A stretch of 64,000 bases of DNA. Origin: Oculina patagonica. Lineage: Eukaryota. The translations under genes and the position numbers were made by a program. The DNA is taken from positions 11,966,001 through 12,030,000 of the forward strand of contig NC_135769.1 in assembly GCF_052425735.1 (NCBI RefSeq), given 5' to 3'. Position 1 is the first letter of the stretch. The number at the start of each line of letters is the position of its first letter. The notes beneath the pieces were generated by a model, which did no database searches, had not been told where the DNA came from, and saw nothing but the letters and a program-made list of their open reading frames with translations. Shown in pieces: positions 40,101 through 52,768 of the stretch.

Positions 40101-43100
40101 TTAAGAAGTACATTTTGATCCAACAATACCTTCCTTCCCCATCAATGGTTTCTGCATCACTGTCATCACTAAAATATACAAAACAAAAAAATTATGAGAA
40201 CCCATTTTCATATTTCACAAACAGCTAGTTATTAATGAACGGATGCAATGGGTACATACAATACATTGCCAATCAGATAAAAGCAGGCTTTTAGCCAGAT
40301 GGATGATTGATCACCACACAAATTTAACTAGTTCTCAATTTGATAATAGAGATATAAGTGGATGTATAGTAAAATTTATCTACAACAGCAAGGTTAATCC
40401 ATACATAAAAGATTTTTATTATTATTTTACTCTTATTGAAATCTCCCTACAACAGCCACCTCTCTGCAGTTAATTCTGCCTAGTGTGGCTGGTGTAAAGG
40501 GGTTTAATTGTAGTTCAGGGCTCAAAATAATTTTTGGATACTGACCGGTCATGTTGACCGGCCAAATCAATTTTTGCTCGGTCATGTCTCGTTTTAGACC
40601 GGTCAAAATATTGAGTATTTACTTGTTCATCGAGCTTCCTATAAGATGCCCTCTTTTAAAAGTTCTCTTTCTTCAAGACTGCCAAGAGATTAGCGAGAAA
40701 GCCGTGTACGTGACCGGTCAAAATGACCGCCGAACCAAAATTTTGTCCAGACAAATCGTCATTTTGGCCAGACATTGTCCGTTGAGCGGCCGTTATTTTG
40801 AGCCCTGTAGTTGACCCTCTCCTTACAGACACTTCCATATGGCAGGGCTCAAAATAATGGCTGGTCAATGGACAATGTCCGGTCAAGATGACAATTTGTC
40901 CAGACAAAGTTTCAGTTTGTCTGTCATTTTGACCGGTCAGTTACATAATTATTAAAACCAGAAAAGTAAATAACATTTTTGACACCAATTTAGAGTAACT
41001 TTTCGCATCAACGAAAAGAATGTGCACAGAAGAACGTTAGAAGCTCAGTAACCGGGCATTTTATTTGTGAGTGAGAAAGAAGGAAAACAACATGGGAGAT
41101 GTTCATAGTTTACATCAGTGAAATCTTAATGACTTGTCATTATCATCTCTTTCAAGGCAGCCAAAAAATTACTACAGTAAACACCTGCGTGTAAGAACCT
41201 AGTGGTTTAAGAACCTGCTGGCAGAAATTTGCCATTTTAATACCCCAAAATATAAGAACCTGTTTAGCCAAGCAAATTTCAGCAGGTTCTTATATGTGGG
41301 TTATAGAAAATTTTTATGAACATTTTTAACAGAACATCCCAAACTGTATTTACAAATAAAGAAAAGACAGATTCACATAGACTGTAATTGTCTTCTTTGG
41401 ACCTTGCACGAGGCTTGAAGCAATACAGTTATGAATAAATGCTGCATAATGAAGGACCAAACCCATTTTCTTTCTTCTCGTACAATCAAAAACTATGGCT
41501 CCTTCTTAGAAATTAAGAACCTTATTAAGAACCTACTTAGCCTAAATTACCAATAACTACCCCCAAATACAAGAACCTATTTTGCCAAACTTAGAAAATT
41601 GTAGGTTCTTACACGCGGGTGTTTACTGTATTTTAAATGTATTGACTGGTAAGAAACGACACGTGACTGAGCTAAATATCTGTTTGGCCGGTTATGTTTT
41701 GGCTGGTCAACATGACCGGCAACTGTCCGGAAATTATTTTAAGCCCTGTATGGACACCTCTACATGCCTTATGGACAGTTCACTTGGTCCCACAGAAACC
41801 AGGACTCATAGGATCTTCACCCTATGATACAGACACCTCCATAATAAGGACAATCAGCTCAGGCCCCACTTGTTTAAAGGGTGGATAACATTATCCACTG
41901 GATAAATCACTATCGAGTAAATAACATAAATTGTTTTCTCAGCACTTATCCACAGATAGTTATTTATCCAGTGCATATAGCATTGTCCACCCTTTGAACA
42001 ACTGAGCCCTGGCCTTTTGCTTCTCCATATTGTAGAGATTAAACTATATACAGTAGAACCCCGGTAACTCGAACTCGGATAACTCGAACAACCCCGCTAA
42101 CTCTAACCAACTTCCATTTCCCTTGGAGTTGACCCCACTTTTCAGTCATTTTTACTCGGTTAACTTGAACTCGGATAACTCGAAAACCCCGCTCACTCGA
42201 TCTAAATTTCGTTTCCCTTGAACAAAATTTGGGTCAAATTTACCCTGATAACTTGAATTCCGGTTCTTGCAACTCGTCACATTTGTCCATTGATAAGAGC
42301 AACGAACACATCACATATTTGACAGCCATTTTCCACTTTTATCATAAGAATGTTTGATGGTGATATAGTTTCTGGCAAGATAAGTTCAATTTGCACTGTA
42401 CTGTATACTGAAGTGCTGAAAAATCAGCAAACTATCAATTATTAACTTGGAAAATTAAATATCCAATCGACCCTGATAACTCGAAACCCCGCTAACTCGA
42501 ACTGTTTCTCGTTTCCCTTCAGAGTTCAAGTTACCGGGGTGCTACTGTATATCGAATTAATTTTGTTATGTACTGTAGATTCCTTGGTGGAAATGAATGA
42601 AAAAGCAACAATCTCTATTTCCTTTTTTCCCCTTTTCTAATCCCTTCATGCAAGGGTACCCCAGTCAGCAGTTTGCACCTTCCACTAATTTGCATGTCTC
42701 ACATTGATGCATATCAGTACATGGAGATATCTCAAGAGCAGAAGAAAATGTTTTTCTACCTAAACAATGCAAGCAATGGGAGGCAGGGGTATTTTGCAGA
42801 ACGCAGAGTGTCAAACAGGTAGGTATATCATACAGTCAACTCTCGTTATAGCGGACACACTCGGGGCGCCGTTCAGCTTCCGTTATAGCGAGAGTCTGTA
42901 TTAGCGGAAGTCATTTCCAGTCAAAAGTCTTTCGCCAGGGATCTGGATTTAGTCCGTAATAGCGAGTGTCTGCAATAACGGGGTGTCCGCAAGGCGAGAG
43001 TTAACTGTATATAATAGGCTGATATCATACATGAAGAGCATACCGCAGGCACGGCAGAGCCAGGGGGGGCTGCCAGAATTTCCAAAAAAATAAAGACTTA

Positions 43101-45052
43101 ATAAGCCCCCCCCCCCCACTTCAAGTTACTAGTCAGCCCCCGACCACTTGGAAAATTGCTCCGCCATCACTGTACCGGAACAGCCATATAGTAGTACAAT
43201 GCCCTAACCGGAGTGAAAGCTAACCGCAAACTAACCAGAGTAAAAGCTAACCGCAAGCAAACTGAGGTGAAGCTAACCCTCAAAAAGGCAAACATTACAC
43301 ACTATAGAAGGTTGACCATCATTCTGCGTTCTGCATTCCGCAAAATACCCCTGCCAGGCCGTGGGAGTGAGGAGGAATGAGAGAATAAAAATTGACTAAG
43401 CCATTAAGTTGGACTTATCTTCATTTCAATAACTGGCACGCAATGCATGCAGAAGCAATGACGTTTTACAAAGGGTTTTAAATATTTTTTGGAAATTTGT
43501 CAAAAATTAACGTAAATTAAAGTTCAGTGGCTTTACGGCGCCCGCTTAATACGAACAGTTTTGTTTGTCCATACATTTTCTCTAACATTAAGTTAATAAC
43601 AGACAATGGACACTTTTTTCTGTGACCCAAGTGAAACGCTCTCATACAAAGTTTACCTCGCTTTACGGATACTTTATTTTCGGTCACTGCCTATATTATC
43701 TTTGCACCATACATTTTTCCATTTGTAATGGTTGTGTGCTTATTGCACCTCGTTAGAAAAATGAAGACTTTCTTCAAGCTATGCGTTTTATTCTAGTTGC
43801 GTTACCTTATAGCGTGACATCTAATATACGATACACGATACCTTTCGCGAGCGACCGGATATGCAAGGTCAAGTTCTGTCTCTGACCGGACCACACAGAC
43901 CCATTGTATGATTTCGAGCGACTGCGTAGCGCATGTAAACAGTGATTTCATATGCTGATTTTAAATGGTGAACATGGCGCCAGATAAAAGAAATATGTTC
44001 CATACGTGTCAGGGTTTCTGTTCCTTCTTCGGTGGAAAAAAATCAACTGGCATTTCAATTTATTCTACAGAAGAAGGGACAGTAACCCCGAAACAAAAGC
44101 AACATATTTCTTTTATCTGGCGCATTATTCTCCTTTACACAGGTCAATTGTACCTCTGTCTGTTTACTGAATCTAATAGAATTTGTCAAATATAATTTGT
44201 CTCTTTCGTTCATATCTTTTATTAGTCCTTTTTAACTTCCCAGGAGTATTTTGCTTTGTGTTCTTCGCGGCGATTTCTTGTTGTGCTAAACTTAATCTTT
44301 GTTCTCTCTGTAGTTAGTTCCCAGTCCTATTCGGTTGTTCGAACGAGAACGACAGAACCGATCCAAGGGCTCCGGCATAAAGCTCGACTACGTCATTGCT
44401 TAAAAATGAGTCTAGCCTGTGAATGCAGATGGATTTCTGTGTGTTAGTTCACAATGCCGAATTTTTTGGTGCCATGAAATAACCGGCTGAAATTCGTCTG
44501 CATTCCCAGGCTTTATGTGGCGAAACAGTTACCGATAGTCCTTAGCCCAAAAGATTTATAAGCTTATAATTACAGCATTAGGAAGCAGCTGCTCTACCTA
44601 AGACTGAATGGGCATTTTTTTCCTGAATAATACAAACTTGAAAAAATGTGAACATACATAAAAGCTTTAAATGCAGACAACGGCATGGAAGAGATGATCG
44701 ATTGAAGTTAAGTAACATTGTTTTCCACAAGCTTTGAATCAAAGTATAATCATTCGTTCTAGCTTTGCCTGATGTAAGCTTAGTCCCGTTATATGCCTCA
44801 TATTTGGCCAAACTTAGCAAGCTCATAACTTTGACTGCAACACGGAAGAATAACCCAACCACCATTACCAGCAAAAATAAAGATCGACCAATTCTTGATC
44901 GAATATTTTGCCTACGCTCAATCCATAACAACAGCTAATATAATTCGATGCTCCATATTATAAATTGAGCAGACAAATGATTCGATTTCAACTTACTCCG
45001 TGATGTCGGAGGTAGCCCTTCTCTTCTTCCTTTTCCCCGAAGAGGCATCCAT
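28157..45052 (-). CDS. cyc: Cycle/BMAL1 (ARNTL-like) bHLH-PAS circadian transcription factor, 11 coding exons, 636 aa
   Basis: Exons 44997-45052, 40130-40168, 39338-39382, 39068-39225, 35511-35683, 34021-34336, 32390-32606, 31644-31901, 30250-30422, 29370-29487 and 28157-28514 are all GT-AG and phase compatible (1911 nt). b[76 protein letters not shown]-terminal LEADAGLGG. Confidence 0.93.
28708..28898. mobile_element. Short MITE with long TIRs
   Basis: aggttaaattggttttcaggttaaa ... tttaacctgaaaaccaatttaacct. Confidence 0.75.
29005..29300. repeat. Degenerate minisatellite (about 20-bp aggtg.cccctta motif)
   Basis: Recurring ggtgaccc/ggtggcccctta-like units. Confidence 0.45.
32140..32227. 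mobile_element. Small MITE with a 9-bp TSD
   Basis: taccctgggt.ccaga ... tctggtacccagggta; flanks ctctatacc / ctctgtacc. Confidence 0.78.
34386..34798. mobile_element. Decayed Tc1/mariner-type MITE
   Basis: atatttactcgaataa ... ttattcgagtaaatat inverted ends. Confidence 0.65.
34813..35095 (-). mobile_element. 3' end fragment of a non-LTR retroelement
   Basis: The minus strand ends gaggg...ccctc, aataaa and a (tta)n tail. Confidence 0.45.
35716..36041 (-). mobile_element. tRNA-derived SINE containing a poly-C/(CA)n tract
   Basis: Minus strand: A-box tggcctgatagtt, B-box gggttcaagcc, then ttgtgttcttgggcaagacgcttaactctca...ctccacccaggtg body. Confidence 0.8.
36049..36605 (+). repeat. Purine-rich low-complexity tract
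   Basis: Strong G/A bias with many GGG runs. Confidence 0.8.
36608..38977. mobile_element. 2.37-kb non-autonomous TIR transposon with a 6-bp TSD
   Basis: 26-bp perfect TIR acacccctctgtaacagacctggtga; ggataa at 36602-36607 and 38978-38983; subterminal cctggt repeats; no long ORF. Confidence 0.88.
39471..39551. mobile_element. TAG...CTA MITE with a 9-bp TSD (Academ-like)
   Basis: tagcctgcgccgc ... gcggcgcaggcta; atagtcaac duplicated. Confidence 0.85.
40516..40807. mobile_element. hAT-like MITE with a 5-bp TSD
   Basis: cagggctcaaaataa ... ttattttgagccctg; TSD tagtt. Confidence 0.85.
40843..41748. mobile_element. Related hAT-like MITE with a 5-bp TSD and a nested TA-MITE
   Basis: cagggctcaaaataat ... 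attattttaagccctg; TSD tatgg. Confidence 0.85.
41175..41628. mobile_element. pogo/Tigger-type MITE
   Basis: ta|cagtaaacacc.gcgtgtaagaacct ... aggttcttacacgcgggtgtttactg|ta. Confidence 0.85.
41860..42012. mobile_element. Decayed MITE with ggataa/ttatcc repeats
   Basis: ttgtttaaagggtggataa ... ttgtccaccctttgaacaa inverted ends. Confidence 0.6.
42051..42547. mobile_element. pogo/Tigger-type MITE
   Basis: ta|cagtag.accccggtaact ... agttaccggggtgctactg|ta. Confidence 0.85.
42782..43355. mobile_element. Composite TIR element containing a TA-MITE (42833-43007) and a 27-bp tandem repeat (43204-43280)
   Basis: ggcaggggtattttgc / gcaaaatacccctgcc inverted ends; no clear TSD. Confidence 0.55.
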
Positions 45053-46222
45053 GTTAAAATTCTATAAAGTACTTCTTACTGAAGACATCTAGGAAAATAC
45101 TCCCAATATGTCATTGAGCAGTGTCGAGGAAACATTCGAAAGCTGGCAAAAAGGTGAATATAGTATTCCAGTCTCCCGCAGAATTTGAAAGCTGGGAGAC
45201 TGGAACCGAATATTTATGATTTGACCGCTGGAAAGTGCTTGTGTGATTGGTTAAAAGCCACTCACCAAACTGTAAACATTTTGAGTGTGTTCAAAACAAG
45301 AAACTTTATATCCTTGTTTACATGGAGTTAAGGAAGAAAACATGATAGTTTGCACACCTTAGGAGAACTTGACACAGTTGTGAAAAACACTAGCTGCAGC
45401 TGGCCTTGTGACCTCCTGTTTCCTTCCAACTAGACTCAGGATAAAAAAAAAAATAAAAAACAGAGAAGTCTACGCTGGCCTCAGTCCCACCACCTCAAAA
45501 TCTTAGGGAGGGGATATTTGATCAAGGATAAAGTGACAGGGGTGGGGGAAGCTAGGAGTGCGAAGGATTGATTTTTTGGCGGTAAAGAGGATTTTGCTTT
45601 GTTTGTGTTTTTCGGCTGTTCGGGCCCTGTCTGGGATAGTTTTGGGGTCGATGTTTGTTGATCTTTGTGAAAGACATTTACACTCACAGTGTTTCCCTAT
45701 ACTTAACAACATGTATAAATAGGTAGTTATTGAGTCTTTTTCGAACGGTTAGGGAAACCAGACAAAACTTTAGTCGATCGGGAGTAATAGTAATTTACGA
45801 TGGCTGAACATTCCTTCAGAGGGAAATAGCAACTTTTATCGATGGCGAAACTCCGCTGTTTTTGAAACACACCTACGATTTATTCGTATTGCATTTATTT
45901 AGAGCAAAGACAACACCATTAATTTCATTTGTCAAAATGATTTATTGTTTAAATCAAGAGAAACTAATATGTTACAATAATGAAAATTGAGAACCAATTC
46001 TAATCGGTCAGCTGAGTCTTTTTTTTGTTTTTCAATTTTTGGACATTTTTCTGAATAAAAATTCTTTTCCATCGACCTAAGTTCGTTGCGCATGACTTTA
46101 TTTCTACACTTTCGCTGTATACATATATAAATTTGATTGAATTATTAATTGCCCCTCCCCCAAGTTTTCAGAAAACGTAAATGGTCCATCCCTGATTCTC
46201 TCTTAAATCTAAAAAATGATTT

Positions 46223-47108
46223 TCAGAGAACAGACTCAGTTGAGCGAGCTTTGTAAGTACAAGTTGACATTTTGAGTTCTGTGCCCCCTTCAGTTCCCTC
46301 TGGATTGTGTTCAATTTCTGCTGTATGGTTGCTCTCGATACAAACTGAGCTCGTAGCGTTCCTTTTAAAGCACTTTACACAGCTGTCTGTCCCTCTGTTT
46401 TCCAACCAAACCGAGATAGCGTTGATGATTGTTGACACGAGAGTTAATCCCAAAAGCGTAACCGGTATACCTTCGTTGCTTCCTACAAAGGTAATATCAC
46501 CAAATCCAACTGTAGCAAATGTCATAAACAACACATAAAGCGAGTCTATGTAAGTTGGGTTTCCATATTTAGGAAACATGTAAACTTTCACAGCTACAAG
46601 AAGAATGCACAGGACCATTCCAAGTGCAAAAACACACAGTACTTTCACTTTAATGTTTTGCGGCTGTTCTCTTTTGAAGAATCTTTTCTCGACGGCTATG
46701 ACAGCTTTAGTAATGAGGTTGTTGAGAAGTTCTCCTCCGCCCTTCAAAACAAGAAGAAAAAGTGGAATTCCAAATAAAGCGTAGAACACGCTCAGAAGTC
46801 TACCTGCTTGAGTTATTGGAGGTGTTGTTCCGTAACCTGCAATGGAGGGCACAAAAAACTTTATCTGTAGTCTGAGCTGGTATTTAGTTTGGGATGCCCG
46901 TACGCAACGCCAAGCGCAAGGAGACACGGGCTGTCCAATCAGCTTCGCGCTCGTTCCCCCAACCCCCCTTCCCCAATCCCTTTTCTCTCCCCTTAGGCTT
47001 ACACTGCTATCATTTTGGATTGAGTATTTCTTTGCAGAGAGGTTAAAAAAATTCCGCTGTGAAGATAAATAGGTGATCTCAGTCTTCAGATAAGTTCTCG
47101 TTAATGTC

Positions 47109-47149
<41 letters not shown>

Positions 47150-48657
47150 TTCAACGTTAGTGATGCCAAGTCAAAATAAAATGCAAGACAATATGCTGTA
47201 CTAGCTCATTACAAATAATTATTAACAACAACGTCTTGCCTCGTTGCCCCAGCAATCTGCTGTTGCCTATTTATACTCGCAGCTGAGAGTCCCGTTCAGT
47301 CAAAAGTAATCCAGGATTATAAGCCATTGGTCACTGCGCCTCTCACCATATTGCACTGGCATATTTACTTGGACGCCAATATTTAGAGGCTTCTTTCAAA
47401 CAGACTTAAAAGATTCACCTAACCCCCTAGTCCTCTTAAACCCCATTTACACGCGCAAAAAAATCGGCACGGCACGGCAAATTTTTGGCACCGTGACCAA
47501 ACCATTTTGGCACGGCACTGCCCATTTACACGACCAAAACAAGAAGGTTCTCTCCTGCTAGGCACGGTACCAATTTTTATCTTGGCACCCCTACTTTCCA
47601 TCGGTTTCCTTGCCGAGAAATGGCAGAAAAATGTTTTGCTGTGATAGTTCATCGTGCTTTCAGTGCAAAACGCGAATTTTAACGGAAAGGAACGAGTTGT
47701 CGACCATTCAACATAATGAAGAGTGTTCAGGGGCAAAACAAATCGACATCTGAAAGGAGTTGACGAAATCAAAAGAAGAAGATTGAAAAGTCTGAAAAAT
47801 AAATGGCTCTTTGCAGTGATGGTGGAAGTGGCTGACTTACGGTGATTTTTTTAGAGCGGGAGCTTTCTCTTATCTTCTGCCTCGGTGGCATTCTTATCCC
47901 CCAGAACTTCTCTTTTTGTACTCTTTTCGCCGACCACGTGACTAAAAGAAACAAAGTCTCTTGGGGCGAGAATGACGCAGTGGCCGCCATTTTCGTAGAA
48001 ACAACGCATGCGTCACACTCGTTTTCGGCACGGTGCCTCGATTTACCCGTGCCGAGACTACCTCCTGGAGGTAGTCTCGGCACCCCTAAAAAATTGGGCA
48101 CTGGTGCCACATTTTTTTTGGGACCGGTACGTTTACACGTCGATAATTGGGAGTGCCGTGCCCAAAAATTGTCAGCACGGTGCCGCCGAGCAGAGGACAG
48201 TATCGGCGAAAAATGCCGACAATACCTTGGTGCTTTTTTGTTTTCGCCATAACCAGCTGCAAATATTTTGCCGTTGACATCAGTAATAAATGCTATCTGA
48301 TAAAGTTTAAACTGAAAATGCTGCAAAATCCAAAATAGATTTATTACACTTACCAATGGTCGTGAGAAGCTCAAAGCTAAACGTTAGACCGTCTTTAAAC
48401 TGCCATCTTTCGTTGCTTTTGCCGTTCATCTGTTCAAAAAACTGCTGCACGAATGCACGTATTTGTGTTTCAGACAAATTAACGGCACACGACTGTTGCT
48501 TTAGTAGAACATTTATGCCGCTAACAATCTTTTCATTTAGCTCTTCCCTGGAAGTTCGCTTGATTTCGATGTAAGAAAATACCAACGATCCAAGCGAAAT
48601 GTAGATTATTAAAACAACTAAACGGAAAAATAACGTCGCAGTACTTTTCTCCGCCAT
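46223..48657 (-). CDS. Two-pore-domain potassium channel (K2P/KCNK family), exons 48354-48657 and 46223-46836, 305 aa
   Basis: TM1 and cap, P1 TTI-G|YG joined by a phase-1 GT-AG intron, M2 FYALFGIPL, P2 TFATVGFGD. Confidence 0.9.
47111..47148. repeat. (TGTC)n microsatellite
   Basis: Direct reading. Confidence 0.95.
47436..48230. mobile_element. ggcac/gtgcc-rich non-autonomous element in the K2P intron
   Basis: Start taaaccccatttacacg; internal palindrome gtgccgagactacctcc.ggaggtagtctcggcac (48049-48083); right end unclear. Confidence 0.55.
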
Positions 48658-49994
48658 TTTTGAGTCAGTGACTTGAAAAATATTTGCACCGCCAAGTTAA
48701 TCAATAAATGACATTCACTTTGTCTCACTTTAGGTAAAATTGTCTGGCTTTGTTTTGGATTTACCATTAGAAATATGTTTTTAGTGCGGAAGCTTTGAAG
48801 TTTTATGAAAAGCGTTAACACAGTCAATAAAGAAATGCCGAATTATTTTTGCATTCTTTTAGCAGTCGGGCGGCCTGTTACAAAACTGAGGCACCTGTTT
48901 AAGACCACGAAGTAAGGGGTCAAATTCAGTTTCAAAGGCGTAAACTAAACAGCATGAGGCGAAAAACTCGACTTCGTACCGCCAGGCTAAGTGCAAAACA
49001 ATTTTTTAAAGGACACCTTGAAGCCTTATTAAAAGTGTTTGCTGTCTGTCATGTAGTCGTTTTGCAAACTATACAAATGTAAACGTAATTGATGGCATTC
49101 ACTGGTCTAAATTGGTCTACGAATTTAAAGGGTGTCAAACTAGTTATTGGAAATGACTACACATTACATGAAATTCATGACCATTTATCGATCGTGAGAT
49201 TCGCGACATATGCTTTGAAAATATTCGTGGGGTTTTCCATTACAGTTTTATTGACTTAATGATAGAATATAAGTCGAGCCTAGATGTTTTAGCGGCGTTA
49301 GTGAGATAATGAACAATCATGCATACCGCCGAATGTCTTCGATCTCAAGTAATAAGTAAAGTGCAAAATTTTATGTTCGAGTGGCAAAAACAATATTCTT
49401 TTTGCCACTCGAACATAAAATTCATATCTTCTCGCCATCGTGTAATATCCTCTGTATAATTTGAGGAAGTAATGCTTGTAGTTTGTTGTATATATTTTAC
49501 AGACAGTGGGAATGCATAGAGAACTCGCATCGGAAATGAAAAGCAAACACCTTTCTCTTTTACTTTACAACAAGCTTTTTTATTCCGACAAGTGTTGACA
49601 ATAAGATAAGAAACAACATTTAATCACTAACTGCAAACATCTATGTCATTATCATGATGAATACTAAAGGTTGCTTAGCAATCTGTCATCTTTGTAATTT
49701 AGCTCTACACCTCCTAAGTATTCCTAGCGAAGGAAAACTTTTGCAAAGGAAGCAAAAAAATTAACCTGTGCAGTATGCGACAAAAAAGATATATACCACT
49801 TTTATTCGAATCGGATTATTCATCAGTTTAAAGACTAGTCACCTAATACTGAGAAGCCACAAGTATTTGGGCCTTGTCGACTTATGACACAATAAACGAC
49901 TAAAACTTTTGTAAGTATGCTTTCGCTTGATCCTCTCTCTCTTGAAGAGCAGGAAGAACTGGGTGCTAGATTAGTTCCAATGTTTACTCATCAC

Positions 49995-50277
49995 TCATTC
50001 TCGTCCCCATACCCCTTTCGTTTCTCTTAGCCGGCTGGTCCTTGGCACGAGAAAACGAAGGGGTCCAAGATTCTTGGACTTCCGATCTTCATGTATGCAG
50101 TCATGACGTTTCAAAAGAGAGTCGTTACGTTGTCGACTTCCGTTTAGGAATTCTTTGTTTCAAACAGCCAATCAAAAAAATTCGAATTAATTCAAAATTC
50201 CTATGTCCCCAGAGCCCTTCGTTTTCTCTTGCCAAAACCGGCTAAGAGAAACGAAAGGGCTATGGGGACGAGAATGA
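49995..50277. mobile_element. MITE with long TIRs
   Basis: tcattctcgtccccata.ccctttcgtttctcttagccgg and its reverse complement at 50238-50277. Confidence 0.8.
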
Positions 50278-50549
50278 TGCTTACTACATAACTCTTTCAC
50301 TTGGCCACATAATTATAAGTTATTCCTAACCTAAAAGAGGGATTATGAATGCAATTCCTGATACATACTTTAAAATTCAATCATCATTAGCCTTATCTCA
50401 ACTGTGTCACTAATATAAAGCCAGTGAATCTAGCCGAGAATTTAACTACCGTTCTCACTTGATAGTACTTGCTTGCTGATAGAATTCGGTTACTCTTCAG
50501 TTTTGACTGAAGCCTGATAAAAGTCTTTATTTACATTTTCATTTGCCAG

Positions 50550-52768
50550 TTATTTTAGGATGTAAATCTTTTTCTTTTTCGAGTCTGAAACTAAAATTCG
50601 ACCATCTGTTGTTGTAACTATTGTTCTTGGTTCTCTTATCTTAGTAACAGTTTTGCCAGTAAAACAACCTTCCATTGTAAACTGTTGAATGCGACCATTG
50701 TCATTGTCACATACAAGAAGATTCTCACGCGGTTGCCATATTTCTCAACACACAAACCCCAAGGATAGTACAACTGTCCGTCAGCCTTGCCTGCTTCTCC
50801 AATCTTGTACAAAAACTTCCCTGAACCATCAAAGACTTTCAAACAGTGATTGAAGCTGTCAGATGCAATGAACATGTTTTTGTAGCAAATGCATCCAGTG
50901 GGATTGTTGAGCTTTCCTACGCCGCTATCTCCAAATTTAAACACAGGTTTACCATCCTTGGTTAAACCCTGGATTCTGTTGTTGTTGAAGTCGGCTACAA
51001 CAACATATCCTTCACCATATCCATACAAACGCTTAGTGGATTCTTACTCTCGCCCTCTCCTGCCCCGTGCTTTCCAAAGCTTTTCACAAAGTTCCCTGTC
51101 TGTACATTGAATTGTTGAATGCAGTTATTCAATTCATCTGCCACCAAAATTTCGTCATCGTTCAAATATGTAATTCCTTTCGGACGGTTAAGCCTCCCAG
51201 CAGCTTTCTCTCCATACCAGCCAAATTTTCGCACAAACATTCCTTCATTATCAAATACGAGGATACAGTTTGTTTCTCGGTCAGCTACAGCGATCAGCCC
51301 TTTACTGTTAACAGCAATCCCATGTGGATTTTGAGGAATTTCTCCTTTTAAATCCAACTCGCCCACAACATCAAGCCGTCGTTCCTTCACCTGGACAGTG
51401 AAAGGACTGTTAGCAAGTTTGTCGCCATTTATCTTTACTGTGATGTTGTAGCTGCCTGGTACTTTTGGTATAAATTTCACCTGGAAATTTCCATCTTCTT
51501 TTTTACAAACAATCAAACTGTCCACTTTTTCAGCGGGTTCCACGAGCACTTCAACGTGAAATTTATGTTGAAGTTCACTTGTCAGTTCTTCGTTAGGACA
51601 GACCACAAACTCTGCTTCTACACCAGCTTGGAAATTTCCAGTCAGTCCTTCTACTGTAGACAGGCAAATATCGCTTATTTTTATGAAACCCAGGCTTAAA
51701 CTCTCAGCTGCAACAGTCGAGACAAACTTCACAAATGAACTAACCGGAAGTGCTGGGACTGGGGTCTTGTTAGTTGTTAAGATCTTCAAATCGCTGTTCC
51801 AAATTCTTCTTGCTTTGCATAATATCCGAGCTTGAGCTTCCTTGAACTAGGTTATTAGCAAACTGAATGGCTTGGTCGATTTGCTTGGTCGAGGACTTTA
51901 CTTGTTTCTTGGCACAGTCTACTTTCTCCGTTCTCGATCCGTGTGTATTCTTGAGGGCGGTAATGGCCTTCTGCTGGCGTTCTCGAATCTTGGCGATCAT
52001 TTGTTCGGCTGCTTCGGAAACTTCACGTATAGCGGTGTTGACATTATCTTCCAGCTTGGACGCTGTTTCTTCCAGTTGGCGCATCACATCACTGTAAACT
52101 TTTTTCCTTTCTTTCATCAACTCGACGCCCGCCATGATGTTGGCTTTCTCGCCATCAGCTGCTTTTTCAAGTGGATCAACTTTGTGATTCTTATGATCTG
52201 TGTTTATGCAAATTTGACAAACACAAGATTGACATTCAAGGCAGTAAAACTTTGTTACCTCTCTCTCGTGGTACTGCTGAGAGCAAAAGGACTTTCGCTT
52301 TAACAAGGCCTCGTAGTCTTGGGCTTGAAATTGTTTAACTGGCGTGACTTTGTGTCCTTCAAACGCCGCGGCAGCAGCTTGGAACGCGTCGTGTGCGTTT
52401 ACGCAGCCAGGGCACAACAACTTTTCGCAATCAAAGCAATAGCTGATCTCAGCAGCGCTCTTTTTCTTACAAATACCACAGTTGATCTCGCTTCCATCGC
52501 CGCTTTGTCGAACGACGAGAAGACTCATCAAACTATTGTGTAGAAAACTGGTCGGCAAATTATCAAAACGATTTCCTTCAGGGATGCCAATCTCTTCCTG
52601 ACAGTCAGGGCAACGATATTTTCCTTGTCTTTGGCTGGTTAATGCTTGTTTCTTCAAGCATTCAAGGCAGAAGGTATGAAGACAAGGTATCGTCTTGGGT
52701 TTGGTGTATTTATCCAAACAAATCGAGCAAGTAACTTGTTTTTTGAGGTTTTTCAAGAGAGACTCCAT
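50550..52768 (-). pseudogene. Intronless TRIM-NHL (RING-Bbox-Bbox-coiled coil-filamin-NHL) copy 1, frameshifted
   Basis: RING CSIC..CLHTFCLEC..CPDC, two B-boxes, filamin (DGNFQVKFIPKVPGSYNITV), NHL repeats. Relative to copy 2: +7 nt near 51775, +2 near 51018, +2 near 50728. Confidence 0.9.

Noticed and set aside
28157-45052. Assignment as ARNT/Tango
   Set aside because: The b[12 protein letters not shown] and C-terminal LEADAGLGG are BMAL/Cycle-type.
47419-48374. Cluster of 100-200-aa ORFs in the K2P intron
   Set aside because: They overlap a GC-rich palindromic repeat and have no recognisable domain.
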